Origin: Octopus sinensis
Lineage: Eukaryota
Reading direction: 5' to 3'
Assembly (NCBI RefSeq): GCF_006345805.1
Contig: NC_043001.1
Span: 37,138,001-37,202,000 of the forward strand
DNA: 64,000 nt
In this document: positions 12,923 through 24,772 of the stretch, piece by piece
Layout: each line of letters starts with the position of its first letter
How positions within the stretch are numbered: the first letter of the stretch is position 1
Program-made: the position numbers and the translations under genes
Notes under the pieces: model-generated
What the model was told of the DNA's origin: nothing
What the model saw: the letters and a program-made list of their open reading frames with translations, nothing else
Databases searched by the model: none

Positions 12923-13322
12923 TACGTATGTTCATCATTTTTGTGATATATTATTTTAATAAATTCACAGTTAGTTAAATGAGTTGAATGTCAGATTTTT
13001 GACCAAAGGATCACTAATGGTTCACCACCTGAGAAGGTGCACTGGTGATATGCTTTGTTCACAATCAAGACACATTAGCTCCAAAAAAGGTGCGTCTAAT
13101 AACTCTGTGTAACCCGATTTTTGTCTTTGGGTAGCAACTATTATTTCCTATTTGCTTACCCCAAGAAAGTATGAAAAATGGCTAATATATTATCTTTAAG
13201 CTTTACTTTTGCTACATTTATTCAAACCCTTCATCAGGTGATTTGGAGATATTTCGAACCTGAGTTCTCATTCCTAAGGTATTTTTCGATGTTGTTGTTG
13301 TTGTTATTATTATTATTATTAT

Positions 13323-13398
13323 TCAGGTCACTGCCTGGAATCGAACTCGAAATCTTGGGGTTAGTAGCCCGCGCTCTTAACCACTACGCTATATGCCC
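13323..13398 (-). promoter_or_regulatory. tRNA-derived Pol III promoter cassette inside the inverted PLE copy
   Basis: A box TAGCGTAGTGG and B box GAGTTCGATTCC; the cloverleaf stems are degenerate, so it is not a tRNA gene. Confidence 0.65.
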
Positions 13399-13875
13399 AT
13401 GGGCAATTATGGGATATGCTGCTTCTTTTACTTTTCGTATTTTCCAGTGGTGTTCTCAGTCTATTATTTTAACTTCTTCTAACAGGGGGGAGGTGGTCTC
13501 CATTTTTCCATGCATGATCAACTATACCAAATTTATCAATATCTCCTCATGTCACAGCTTTGCGATGTTCCTCTACCCTCTCAAAATAAGGGTAGAGGAA
13601 CATCGCAAAGCTGTGACACCAGGATATATTGATAAATCGGGTATAGCTGATCATGTATGGAAAAATGGAGACCACCTCCCGAACACCACTGGAAAATACG
13701 AAAAGTAAAAGAAGCAGTACATATGCTACGAGACAACAACCTCCTAAACAGACCGACTACAGATATGAGCAGCATATGGGAACCGGTATTAAGGAAGGAT
13801 AGGAAAATGTTAGATTTGTAAGCCCTAAAAATTCACTCCATAATTGCCCACAACAACAGCAACAACACCACCACC

Positions 13876-13920
<45 letters not shown>

Positions 13921-13986
13921 AATAATAATAATAATAACATCGAAAAATACTTTAGGAATGAGAACCCAGGTTCGAAATTTTCCCAA

Positions 13987-14032
13987 GTCACCTGATGAAG
14001 GCTGGTGGGTATATCAGCCGAAACGTTGTGAT
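13987..14032 (+). ncRNA. Minimal type I hammerhead ribozyme motif
   Basis: GTCAC-CTGATGA-A-GGCTG(loop 10)CAGCC-GAAA-CG-T-T-GTGAT: stem I GTCAC/GTGAT, stem II 5 bp, palindromic ACGT in place of stem III. Confidence 0.75.
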
Positions 14033-15359
14033 AACAACAAACAAGACGAGGACAAATATCCGTCAAATGTAAATACGGTAAAACATGAAGATGTTATCTT
14101 TTGATGTATTCAAACATTCCAAAAAAAAAAAAAAAAACAACACATGTTTACGAGACAAAATGTTGCAGAGTTAGCATATTATATATTCAAGTACAGATTT
14201 TAATTCGTAACTAGATATTTTTGAATGTTTTTGTCAACAAATCTCAAAACAATCAGCTCATAACTATTTATGATATCATTTTGAAGTAACAAAAGAAAAA
14301 TCATTATTTGAATTTTTTCTTAATAATTAAAGCGTTTGTTTCATTAAAGACAAAAACAGGGGGAACAGATTAAAAATTTATAAAGCTATTCAAGCATTCG
14401 AAATGTTAATTAATGCTGCAACACTTTTGATAACTGATTTTTTTCTTCTACTTTTTGTTGTTGTTGTTTTTGCAAAAAAATATTCGTGAATAGACATTAG
14501 CTGTTAAATTGTTTTTTTTTTAAAGAAAAACATTATAAATGTCATGTAAGAACATGATGCATCTAAAATTTAAATTGTAATGAGGTAACTACTAGAAATA
14601 GCAGCTAGATTTCCCTTCATATCATACCCTAACAACTTTTAAAAATGGAAGACAAGTTGGGAAATGTAGTCCTGAATATACAAACATATTGATCAGTCTT
14701 TGATCGTAGGAGTGTTCGATCAAGACCCGAGGCTAAGTAACTTTAAATTGCATCTATAACACTGGTCAACATAACGAACTTCTTTTTGATCGAATATGTA
14801 ATTCATCAATTCTGAATGCGTTTTGACGTTCGTTCCAAATCTGTCTTTAGCCCACCGCCTCTAATACGTCTCAGTTTTGCTATAAGACAGTAATAATTCT
14901 CTCAGTTTTACCAGTGCTTAAAGCTGTATTAAATAATAGATATAGGGGTCTGCTTCGGTCGTAACTGACCATCGATTCCTGCACCTAAAATGTTAGTCTC
15001 CAAGACTCAAGCTCAACAAAATGTTTGTGTTTGACCAGCACTTGGCCATGCATACAAGTCTCCTCTTCCCACGGTTACCGATGCTGTCCAAGGGAAAGAC
15101 AAGGCCGATACACATTAGCATCCATGTCACCGTAGACGTCATCGTCAGAATGCAAAGGCATCACAAACCGTTTCATCTGACGATTTAACAGTTTCATCAA
15201 TCTACCGCCCTGAAAGGATGAAAAGCAAAGTTAGCCTCAGCGAGATTTGAACTCAAAGCGTAGAAAGTTGAAACAAATACCGCGATGCATTCTATCCGAC
15301 GCTCTGACATCTTTGCCAAGTCGTTAAATATAAAATTGTTATATAAAATATATATTCTT

Positions 15360-15565
15360 TCTACTATAGGCACGAGGCCTGGAATTTGGGGAAGGGGTAG
15401 TCGATTACATCGACCCCAGCACTCAACTGGTACTTAATTTATCGACCTCGAAAGGATGAAGGGCAAAGTCGACCTCGGCGGCATTTGAACTCAGAACATA
15501 GCGACGGCCGAAATACGACCGAGCATTTCGCCCGGCGTGCTCACGATTCTGCCGGCTCGCCGCCT
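15360..15565 (-). mobile_element. Family-G SINE
   Basis: Reverse complement of the ggcggcgagccggcagaa head plus the central domain. Confidence 0.85.
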
Positions 15566-16926
15566 TTATATAAGATGTATATATAATTTGTTTATTGCGC
15601 GAACTAAGATATATAGTATACACATCATTTATTGAAATATGATTCGTAATAACTTCATTTTTAGATCTTAGATTCAATTAGATGCGTATGTGTTTGAGGG
15701 CTATACGTTATACATGCTTTTAAAAGTGCTATGAATATAGTTTCCTCTTATATATGTGGCTTGGGTCACGATATAGCCACCAACATTGGTCAACCATGAT
15801 ACCTTCAATCCAAAATGTCAAATATTGTGTTTATATTGCCGGAAAATCTTGAGTGAAACGTTCTCATTGCTCATCGCTTAAAATAACTGAATTATGTACA
15901 TTTTAAGAACACCTTCAACTCATTCCTTTCGATGCGTTAAGGAAATTTTCAACTCCACCTCTATGTACACCGGACGTGTCCCCCATGCATAACCCCTTAA
16001 ATGCCGGCCATGTCCTTAATTACAATATATTGAAGATTTATTAAAATTCAAAATCCCTTACAGGCCTTGATTTTCAGTATTGTTCGTAATTTTTAGTATT
16101 TTTATCTTCTGGTGTTGATTTAGATTTGGAATGTAATATACACCCCGTCTGCGGGGTTTCATTGGAGCAGGTTGTGTATGTGTACATTTTGTGAGGTGTG
16201 GGGGTTTCTATATGCATAATTCAAAAAGTATGGGTTGAAGGAGTACTTTGACTATTGATTTTCAAAGTCTGCCAATTCAAAGTCGAGAATTGTTGAATTG
16301 TTTGTATTCATATTGTTGAATTTGAGTAGAAACATAAAAAAAAAAAAAATAAGAAAAGGCTGTAGTAGGAAGAGAAAGAAAGTTCTAAAACATAAAGTGT
16401 TCTCTTCAAATTCGTCCTCGTTTCCGTTTTATTTAGTAAATATTTATTCTAAAAATGTATTTTATAATAGCCATAGCTGTAAAAGGCAGAACTCGCAACG
16501 ACAACAAAAATACTGTAGACAAATAATACGCTGAACACTATAAACAAAAATCCAATGTATGCTCCAGGGGAAGGCTCTAGTAATATGAGCATTTGCTAAG
16601 ATATAAACTATTCTTATGGCTAGTTTGTTATCTTCAGAAGTAGTATGCATCTGCAACTCATCAATTTACTGTGTTATAACAAATGTAAAATTTACTAATT
16701 TAAAAATTCCAGATAATTTGAGAAACATATTCTTTGTATTGTAGTTTTAAAATATATTTTATTAGTAAGATTATGTCACTCATTAAGAGTAATGTGTTCC
16801 TTCATCCCATGAGAAATGAGGACACGTCCTTATCCGTTTTCTCTTTATAGTCCCTACAATGCATAAGTATAGAAAGGACAAGAACGCGTATTATTAAGGT
16901 TTCATTTGTGAGCTAGTACTGTAGGG

Positions 16927-17308
16927 GAGGCGCAATGGCCCAGTGGTTAGGGCAGCGGACTCGCGGTCATAGGATCGCGATTTCGATTCCCAGACCGGGC
17001 GTTGTGAGTGTTTATTGAGCGGAAACACCTAAAGCTCCACGATGCTCCGGCAGGGGATGGTGGTGATCCCTGCTGTACTCTTTCACCATAACTTTCTCTC
17101 ACTTTTACTTCCTGTTTCTGTTGTACCTGTATTTCAAAGGGCCGGCCTTGTCACTCTGTGTCACGCTGAATATCCCCGAGAACTACGTTAAGGGTACACG
17201 TGTCTGTGGAGTGCTCAGCCACTTACACGTTAATTTCACGAGCAGGCTGTTCCGTTGATCGGATCAACCGGAACCCTCGTCGTCGTAACCGACGGAGTGC
17301 TTCCATCC
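16927..17308 (+). mobile_element. tRNA-derived SINE, body beta + tail X
   Basis: Head tggcccagtggttagg..ttcgattccc; 12-bp TSD agtactgtaggg at 16915-16926 and 17309-17320. Confidence 0.85.
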
Positions 17309-17632
17309 AGTACTGTAGGGTGATGCCTTACTTCTAATAAATCGTGTTTGAAAGAAATGCTTCATTGTCAATCGAACCATTTCACTTTATCTATACCACG
17401 TATCTGCAATTTATCTTCTCAGATATCAGCATTCTCATACAGAAGTTATGTAAGCTTAGCTAAATATCTTATTATGTAGTAGGGTATGAAAAGTGAGGAC
17501 GTTAGTGCTTCGTAAGGAACAGGTTTATCAAACTCCTCGGCTGTGGTTTCAATCCTTACTTCTATATAGATAGAGTACATAATGTTATTTTTTCGCTGTT
17601 TAACTCCAAGTCAGGTCTAACTGTCCAGAGTA

Positions 17633-18820
17633 TCTACTACATATGTGGAAAATCGGTGTGTGTTTGTTTGTGGCGTTGTTATCTAACTCCTCCCACATCG
17701 CTTTATTGATTTTGATGAAACTTGACATGTGAGTAGAACTCATGTCTGGAAACCTCATGACATACTTAGATTGTTGAAAAAATCTATAATACGGCCCCTG
17801 GAATGGACCTTTATATCTACCTCATATAACTAATTTTTTTTAAACACACAAGGGAAATAACTCATAGCACCTGTACAATATTTTTTTAAACACTCAAGAG
17901 AAATAACCCATTTCATTGTTCATGTTCGATTACTTTTAATATTGATTTTTTGTGTGTCCTATTTCTAATTTCTGCAGACAATATCATTTTTATACTTTAT
18001 TTGACACGTGAGTAGAACTCATGTCTGGAAACCTCGTGACACACTTAGGTTGTTGAAAAAATCGATAATATGGCCCCTCCAGTGGATCCTTATATCTACT
18101 ACATATGACTAATATTTTATTTAAACAACCCAAGAGAAATAGCCCATACTACCTGCAGATTTTAGCGAAGCGATCAATATTTGATTCTCACGATCAGCCG
18201 ACCTAATTCTACATTTCACTACTCACAGTTTTCAACTGCTAAACATTATTATTGCACTTCCTTAATTTGAATCTTAATCATTAAAGACTTCATTCATACA
18301 TTTCTATACATACATACTTTTTTGAATGCCCATTACTCCGATAATTCTGCATTTTTACAGTTACACTTTTTCCATGACAGTAGATAAATTTTTTATTCTA
18401 CAACGTATTTGTAGTGGCTTCATGCATGCATAGTGTGGATTCGATCCTCGATTGCCAAATTTCACTTAACACTTCAACAGCGCTTTTCTCACGGTAAAAC
18501 AATAGTTTTTTTTCTGTGAATAACTGCAGTTATACATTTTCCCAGATCTCTTTGCTAAGCAGAATAATGTCTTTGCCTCTCGCCAACCTCCGACAACTTC
18601 TCTCACCAATCTCTGACAGTCTTTCTCGCCAACCTCCGAAAACCTCTCTCGCCAACCTCCAACAATCTCACCTCCTCCAGCTGACAGTTTTTTGTATTTT
18701 TTCGTGACAGAAAATACACCTTTTGTGGCAGTTATAACGAAATTGCTTTCTTATATCAGAGTAATAAGGCGTTTCAACAGAACATCTTTATCCTCAGGAA
18801 ATACCGGGTACGCCAGCTAG
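17633..18820 (+). mobile_element. Non-autonomous Helitron/HINE-like element with internal duplications
   Basis: A|TCTAC 5' end and CTAG|T 3' end, no TSD; tgtttgtttg near the 5' end; about 150-bp internal duplication (17723 vs 18001) and about 22-bp tandem units at 18574-18680. Confidence 0.6.
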
Positions 18821-18823
18821 TAA

Positions 18824-18895
<72 letters not shown>

Positions 18896-19651
18896 TATAT
18901 ATATCCTTTTTTAGACAATGTGTCTAGCAATAGCTTATTCATTGTGACCTTCCTTTTTAAGACAACATGCGATTTGAGTAAGATCTTGTCGCTATTTTGA
19001 CCTTCAAGAACTTGTACATCGTGTACATCAGTAGCAGTCTAAAAGCAAACACCTTACTCTACTCGAAGTTTGATATTACCGCATACAAGTGTTAGTTGTT
19101 TCTGATACTCTCTTGTATGCAATGATGAAAATGGATATTAGGACCGAGGCGAACGTTAAGGTCCGAGAGGCCGAGATTGGGACGGTGGGACAAAATTCAA
19201 TACGGCACTTACCTCTGTAAGCTTCAAAATTAGGAAATGCCATTCCCTGTGTACTGTCCCCTATTTCCATCACTGCTTGTATGCCTGGCAATTTACGCAT
19301 GTTAAAAAGGCGGTGAAGTAGCAGAATCGTTCGCACGTCGGGTAAAATACTTAGCGCCATTTCGTTTGTCTTTACGTTCTGAGTTAAAATTCAACCGAGG
19401 TAGACTTTGCCTTTCCTCCAGGGTCGGCAGTTGGGCACCGGGATCGATGTAATAGACCTACTCCCTCTCTAGAAATTGCTGGCCTTGTACCAAGATTTAA
19501 AACCAATTTACACTTCTTAAGATTTTAACCTGGTGTGGCAGAAAGTAGAATTTTTTTAACATTATACGTTTATTTTCTTTATATTTTCATCGCTTTCAGT
19601 ACGTTTTACATTTTTTTAGTTAAATACATTTCTCCAACAATTATTCCCAAC

Positions 19652-20069
19652 GGCAGAAATGTTAGCACGCCGGGCGAAATGCCTAGCGGTATTTCGTCTG
19701 CTGTTACGTTCTGAGTTCAAATTCCGCCAAGATCGACTTTGCCTTACATCCTTTCGGGGCCGATAAATTAAGTACCAGTTGCGTACTTGGGTTGATGTAA
19801 TCGACTTAATCTCTTTGTCTATCCTTGTTTGTCCCCTCTACGTTTAGCCCCTTGTGGGCAATAAAGAAATAGGAAACGTTAGCACGCCGGGCGAAATGCT
19901 TAGCGGTATTTCATCTGTCTTTATGTTCTAAGTTCAAATTCCACCGAGGTCGACTTTGCCTTTTATTCTTTCGGGGTCGATAAATTAAATACCAGTTGCG
20001 TACTGGGGTCGATCTAATCGACTGACACCCTCCCCCAAAATTTCGGGCCTTACGCCTAGAGTCGAAAAA
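19652..20069 (+). mobile_element. Family-G SINE heterodimer
   Basis: Two units with different tails inside one 13-bp TSD aattattcccaac (19639-19651 and 20070-20082). Confidence 0.85.
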
Positions 20070-20432
20070 AATTATTCCCAACATCAACAATCAAAATCCT
20101 ACCTTCTCTTCACAAAAGAAATTTTTACCACTTTGTAACTCCTTAAAATTCAATGATTCAGTCGAGACGAACTAACACTGAGGAAGTTCGACTTCACAGA
20201 AATAGCAGCCAAATCATCTTCAAATCATACACTACCGTTTTATAAATAAAATGTGATACTGGATAAAAAAAAGATGGCTAAGATATCCCTAAAGAAAGGA
20301 GATGGCTATGATCTGTTTGATCATACTTGACTAAAACAAAACAACAGCAATGGATAAAATAAGTTTAATTTTTGTGTATATGTGTCTCGATAAAAGCTAT
20401 TGAATTAATTATAATGTAATAATTACCTCTAG

Positions 20433-20524
20433 ATTTTAGACGACAAGGTATTTGTTATTGGAGGCGTGGCCGACGAGAACAGTATATACAACGTAGAATT
20501 TTACGACATTGTTACTGAAAAATG
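20433..20524 (+). CDS. KLHL10: KLHL10-like exon 5 (Kelch 6)
   Basis: ctctag|ATT...TG|gtaagt; ILDDKVFVIGGVADENSIYNVEFYDIVTEK(W). Phase 0 in, phase 2 out. Confidence 0.9.
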
Positions 20525-21449
20525 GTAAGTAATTATATCATATTTTATGTTATTGCCTCTTCTTCATTTTATATACATCTAGGCTCAAACGTTACAAAGG
20601 TTACTTGTGAATCCCATTCACTTGTAACCATCTTTTATGCAGCATTAAAAGAATTTCGTACACAGTAGGAACACTTTGGTTTTTGCTCTGCTTCAAGATC
20701 TCCGAGACATTGGACACATTTTTTATGTTTTTATGTTTTTATTTATCATTAGTCCATTTTAATAATTTTGAAAGTGAGCGAAACTTTTTAAGTTTTTATT
20801 CGACCACTGGAATATTTTCAAATTTTCTACTGATGCAGTTTTGCATTCTGAAGATAAAAATTACATTCATTTCCTCAGACAATTAATAATGAAGAAGTTA
20901 TAAGCCTTCAAAATTATGCAATTTTAACTCATCAGAAGCGTCCATTTCCGACACACCAGAAGTCGCAATTGTCTGTTTCCTTTTAAACAACCACTATTGC
21001 TCTTAGGAGTGTGGTTTTTGTATTCCTTGGTGAAGGAACTGACAACAGCCAATTTGTTGATTTAGTAAAATCATTGAGTACAGATGAGCAGAAAAATTGC
21101 TTTTGGTATTTAGTTGCGTAGCTTGTGCGTTCAAATCTTGACGATGCCGACTTTGCCCTTTGTCCTTTCAAGTTCGATAAAATGAAATAACAATTTAAAT
21201 ACTAGATTCGATCAATTCGGTTGTTCTTTACTCCCTAAATATCTGGTCTTGTGTCTATGTTCGAAAACATTATTATTATTATTATTGAATATTATATGAA
21301 TTATAACAGAATTGGGATTAAAAGTATCTTAAATTATTGGAGCGTTACACACTCCAGTAATCTGTTTATTATTACATGCAGTATTAGCATAAATTTGTAG
21401 ATATAATCTATAGTACAGTACAGCATTAAAGATATTCAACTCCGCTCAA

Positions 21450-21493
<44 letters not shown>

Positions 21494-21989
21494 ATGTTGT
21501 TGTTGTTGTTCAACAGGCCAGCTTGAGTCATTGGTTATCATTACTCAATGGATCCTATTTCCTACTTTAACTTGAGTCGTGCGTAATTAAGCTAGCAGCA
21601 CCTAGTCGAACAAACGCTTCCGCGCATGCGTAATACAATAATAGTGATGTTCTTAATTGTTTTTATGGGAATGTAAATATGTTTGCAATTTGTTTTTGTT
21701 ACATATTATTCTGTTTTCTGAATACTTTTATTTTAATAAATGTTGCTTACTGCAAGTTATGGATGATTCTTTTATGACTTCATTGCTTTCAGGCTTAGCT
21801 TAAGGTATTTTCGCGCCCGACATCACAAAATGTGTCTGAATAAACATTGCCGGACAGCAAATAGAGACTCGGACATTGCTTAGAAAATATTTTTCATTTT
21901 TAACCTCGTATATAGTACGCACTAGGGATTTTGACCATTAAATTTTGGGGGAAAATGCGGATTATACTCGAGGATTTACGGTAGTCTTT

Positions 21990-22680
21990 GTAACTATATC
22001 ATGCCTCAGGGGTAGGTAGTATCTTGTAGACATTTTAAGCGGCTGGTGATGATGTGGATGATATCTACCTCACTGGTATAGCAGAGCTGACATCTTCTAG
22101 CATAACATGGAGGTTTAGTAGTATCTTTGTCTCTCTTATTTATCAGGTATTTAGTAGATCTCTCCTGTTCTTGGATAGCAAAGGTATATCCTTCTAGGTA
22201 GAATGTAATGTATTTAACACAGGTTCAGGAGAGGCCACACTTCTTGTCAATGGTGTTGTTATCCTCTAGCTCACGGGACATGTATCCATGCATTACTTTT
22301 TGCTGGTATGATGCCTGCTCTCTTCCACGCTTCTGTTTAAGTAGACCAGTCCAGCCTCTTTTGGGCCGCACGATGTAGTTGTATTCTCAGAATACCTGCT
22401 CAGTTGTTCTTCTCTAAAGATATTGCTGCTCTTATTTTTGCGTAAGCATAGAATGTACTCATTTTTTTCTTTACTGCTCAACAGGTAATGTCTGAGTGGT
22501 ATAATGCGACATTCAAAGGCTGTTTGGACTGATCTAATGCCTCTACTGCCATCACTTTGTCTCACATAAATCCTATCGGTGTCGTTAATGTGGAAGTTGC
22601 CACAAGTGTCAGTACCTTTCAAGTTTTGATGTCCAGGCTGCAGATCTCGTCAAGTATCAAATCTAATCTCCCAATTGCTA
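21990..22680 (-). mobile_element. Internal fragment of an RLE-type (R4/Dong-like) LINE
   Basis: Minus translation DTDRIYVRQSDGSRG..., EGYTFAIQEQE and a CQLC..H zinc-knuckle region ending RYYLPLRHD, decayed. Confidence 0.7.
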
Positions 22681-23053
22681 AAACTATGTATGTATGTATG
22701 TATGTATGTATGTATGTATGTATGTATGTATGTATGTATGTATGTATGTATGTCTTTACGTATGTATGTATATTCTCTTCTGATTTTATTTAAATTCTCC
22801 CTCTGAGTAACTAAGATACAAAGCTCTATTATTGGAATGTAGATAACAAAAGCAATGTCACATTTTAAATTTGGGAAAAGTTCCGTATAACTGTTCCACT
22901 TACAGATCGTATTCGTAATGTGTTAGCTAGTTGGTTGGTTTCTTGGTGTTTTTCTTTGAGTTAAATTTAAGTTCTTTCTGAGAGAGTTCAAGCCGGTTGC
23001 TAACCAAGCAACATGACATTTTGAATGAAGAGAATTCTCAGTGTTTGTAAATA

Positions 23054-23599
23054 CACTAGCGAAAATAAATTTAAGACCGATGATAAAAGTTCTATTTCTT
23101 ACAAAATATTTTGTTACTAACACCATACAAATTATTTCTATCTTTTACACCTTATGCAGAATCTATTTCTCTTTCGACTGATGCAGACCATAACTATTTT
23201 TATACAACTTGAAGAATTCTAATGCTAAATTAATATAAACGTTTCAAATCTACCGACAAAATTAGTTTCCCATTATTAATCAATTGTATAATAATATTAA
23301 ATTATAGCACTATATAGTGCAGTTAGGCTAGTTGTGTGACCACCCATTTTGGCAAAAAAATTTGCATACCTATTACAAGGTCTTAAACTAATTTTGCCGG
23401 TAAATTTGAAACGTTTATATTAATTTAACATTAGAATTCTTCAAGTTGTATTAAAATAATTATTGTCTGCATCATTCGAAAGAGAAATAAATTCTGGATA
23501 AGATGTAAAAGATAGGAATAATTTGTATGGTGTTAGTAACAAAATATTTTGTAAGCAATAGAACTTTTATCATCGGTCTTAAATTTATTTTCGCCAGCG
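23054..23599. mobile_element. Foldback MITE with about 215-bp TIRs, TA TSD
   Basis: CACTAGCGAAAATAAATTTAAGACC... / ...GGTCTTAAATTTATTTTCGCCAGCG, flanked by TA. It interrupts an older repeat whose second copy (43.33-44.16 kb) lacks it. Confidence 0.85.
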
Positions 23600-23928
23600 T
23601 ATGTGGCTTTGTTAGTTGAGCTGTCGATGTATATACCCAAGTGTGTGCATCCATTAACATAAGAATCTTATGGAGAATTTCTGGAATGTCTTACAAAACT
23701 TTACTGCGCCGCTAACAGACTGGATTTGGAGAATCTGCGTCAGTTTTTTTGTCCGTAAAACCAAATGTTTCAAGGTTTATGTGCAGCTTTGTAGATACAT
23801 AACCTACTGCACCTATGATGATAGATACAAGTGAGAATTTATAGTCTCAGTACAAAAGCTGTAAGTTCTGCGTTGATTTACCATAAAATTTCTTTTTTAC
23901 CTGGACTGTACATTTACAACAGTGCATG

Positions 23929-23959
<31 letters not shown>

Positions 23960-24034
23960 TGTATGTATGTATGTATGTATGTATGTATGTGTGTATGTAT
24001 GTATGTATGTATGTATGTATGTATGTATGTATGT

Positions 24035-24292
24035 GTTACACACCATTCTAATCATATCAGTCAGGCATGTGGAAGAGAGTGTAATTTGGCAGGAGGACTT
24101 AAACGACATACAAAGGTACATGAAGCCCAGTTACAACTACAGCCGGCCATTGACGGTAAAGGTTTTAGCTGCCAATTCTGTACAAAACATTGTAGATCTT
24201 TAGCTGGGTTAAAAAGTCACATTCGATCACAGCACCAGTAACAGTTAAGCTTCGTGCAATGGCCATATTCGATAACGAGGGGGCAGCCATAA
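24035..24292 (+). mobile_element. RTE-like LINE 3' end with two C2H2-like fingers, between (TATG)n arrays
   Basis: CGRECNLAGGLKRHTKVH and CQFCTKHCRSLAGLKSHIRSQH-stop, followed by a short UTR and a (TATG)n tail. Confidence 0.65.
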
Positions 24293-24531
24293 TGTATGTA
24301 TGTATGTATGTATGTATGTATGTATGTGTTGTGTGTGTATGCATAGACAACATATATGTATGCATAAACGTGTACCTATATCTATATATAAAATGATTTG
24401 AGCCATCAAATATTTCTTTTCAGGAAGTGATATTTAATTTACTTATAATTAAGAAAGACGAGAAAGAAACTGTGATTATTAATTATTCTTGAGCAATTAA
24501 TGAACTGTTCTACGTTTGCCGTTATTTGCAG

Positions 24532-24676
24532 GCATAATGTAAGTCACATGAACATTCACAGACGAGCCCTCAGCGCATGCGTCCTCGAGGGTCTCCCCAA
24601 CACCTACCAGTATATTGCGCATCGACATCAAAGCGAAAATTCCGGAAAACAATTTGCCATAAACAAAGGACAGTAA
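24532..24676 (+). CDS. KLHL10: KLHL10-like terminal exon 6
   Basis: ttatttgcag|G completes Trp; HNVSHMNIHRRALSACVLEGLPNTYQYIAHRHQSENSGKQFAINKGQ-TAA closes the propeller. The ORF track shows only its antisense ORF. Confidence 0.9.
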
Positions 24677-24766
24677 CATATCAATCAAATAACAACAACA
24701 ACAACAGCAACAACAACAACAACTAACAACCTAACAAACAACAAACAGATACAGCGAGAGTTGGAA

Positions 24767-24772
24767 AATAAA
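24767..24772 (+). terminator. Candidate polyadenylation signal AATAAA (ATTAAA at 24794-24799)
   Basis: First canonical hexamer 90 nt after the stop codon. Confidence 0.4.

Larger units (their letters stand above)
13215..14075 (+). mobile_element. Penelope-like element 3' end (GIY-YIG tail + pLTR) with an inverted partial copy on its left
   Basis: IRVEEHRKAVTPGYIDKSGIADHVWK resembles the PLE GIY-YIG C-terminal part; 13489-13580 is the reverse complement of 13590-13680; 13225-13320 mirrors 13920-14000. Confidence 0.8.

Noticed and set aside
13323-13398. tRNA-Ser(ACT) gene, and other SINE heads as tRNA genes
   Set aside because: Acceptor and T stems do not pair, and all heads continue into repeat bodies.
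21793-21883. Alternative terminal exon (ttgctttcag|G, WLSLRYF…IA-stop)
   Set aside because: Phase-compatible but not Kelch-like, and it appears to lie in a DNA-transposon remnant ending near 21981; exon 24532-24676 fits far better.
23939-24241. Host C2H2 zinc-finger gene
   Set aside because: The N-terminus is microsatellite; the two fingers end in a LINE-type tail with no linker array or splice sites.
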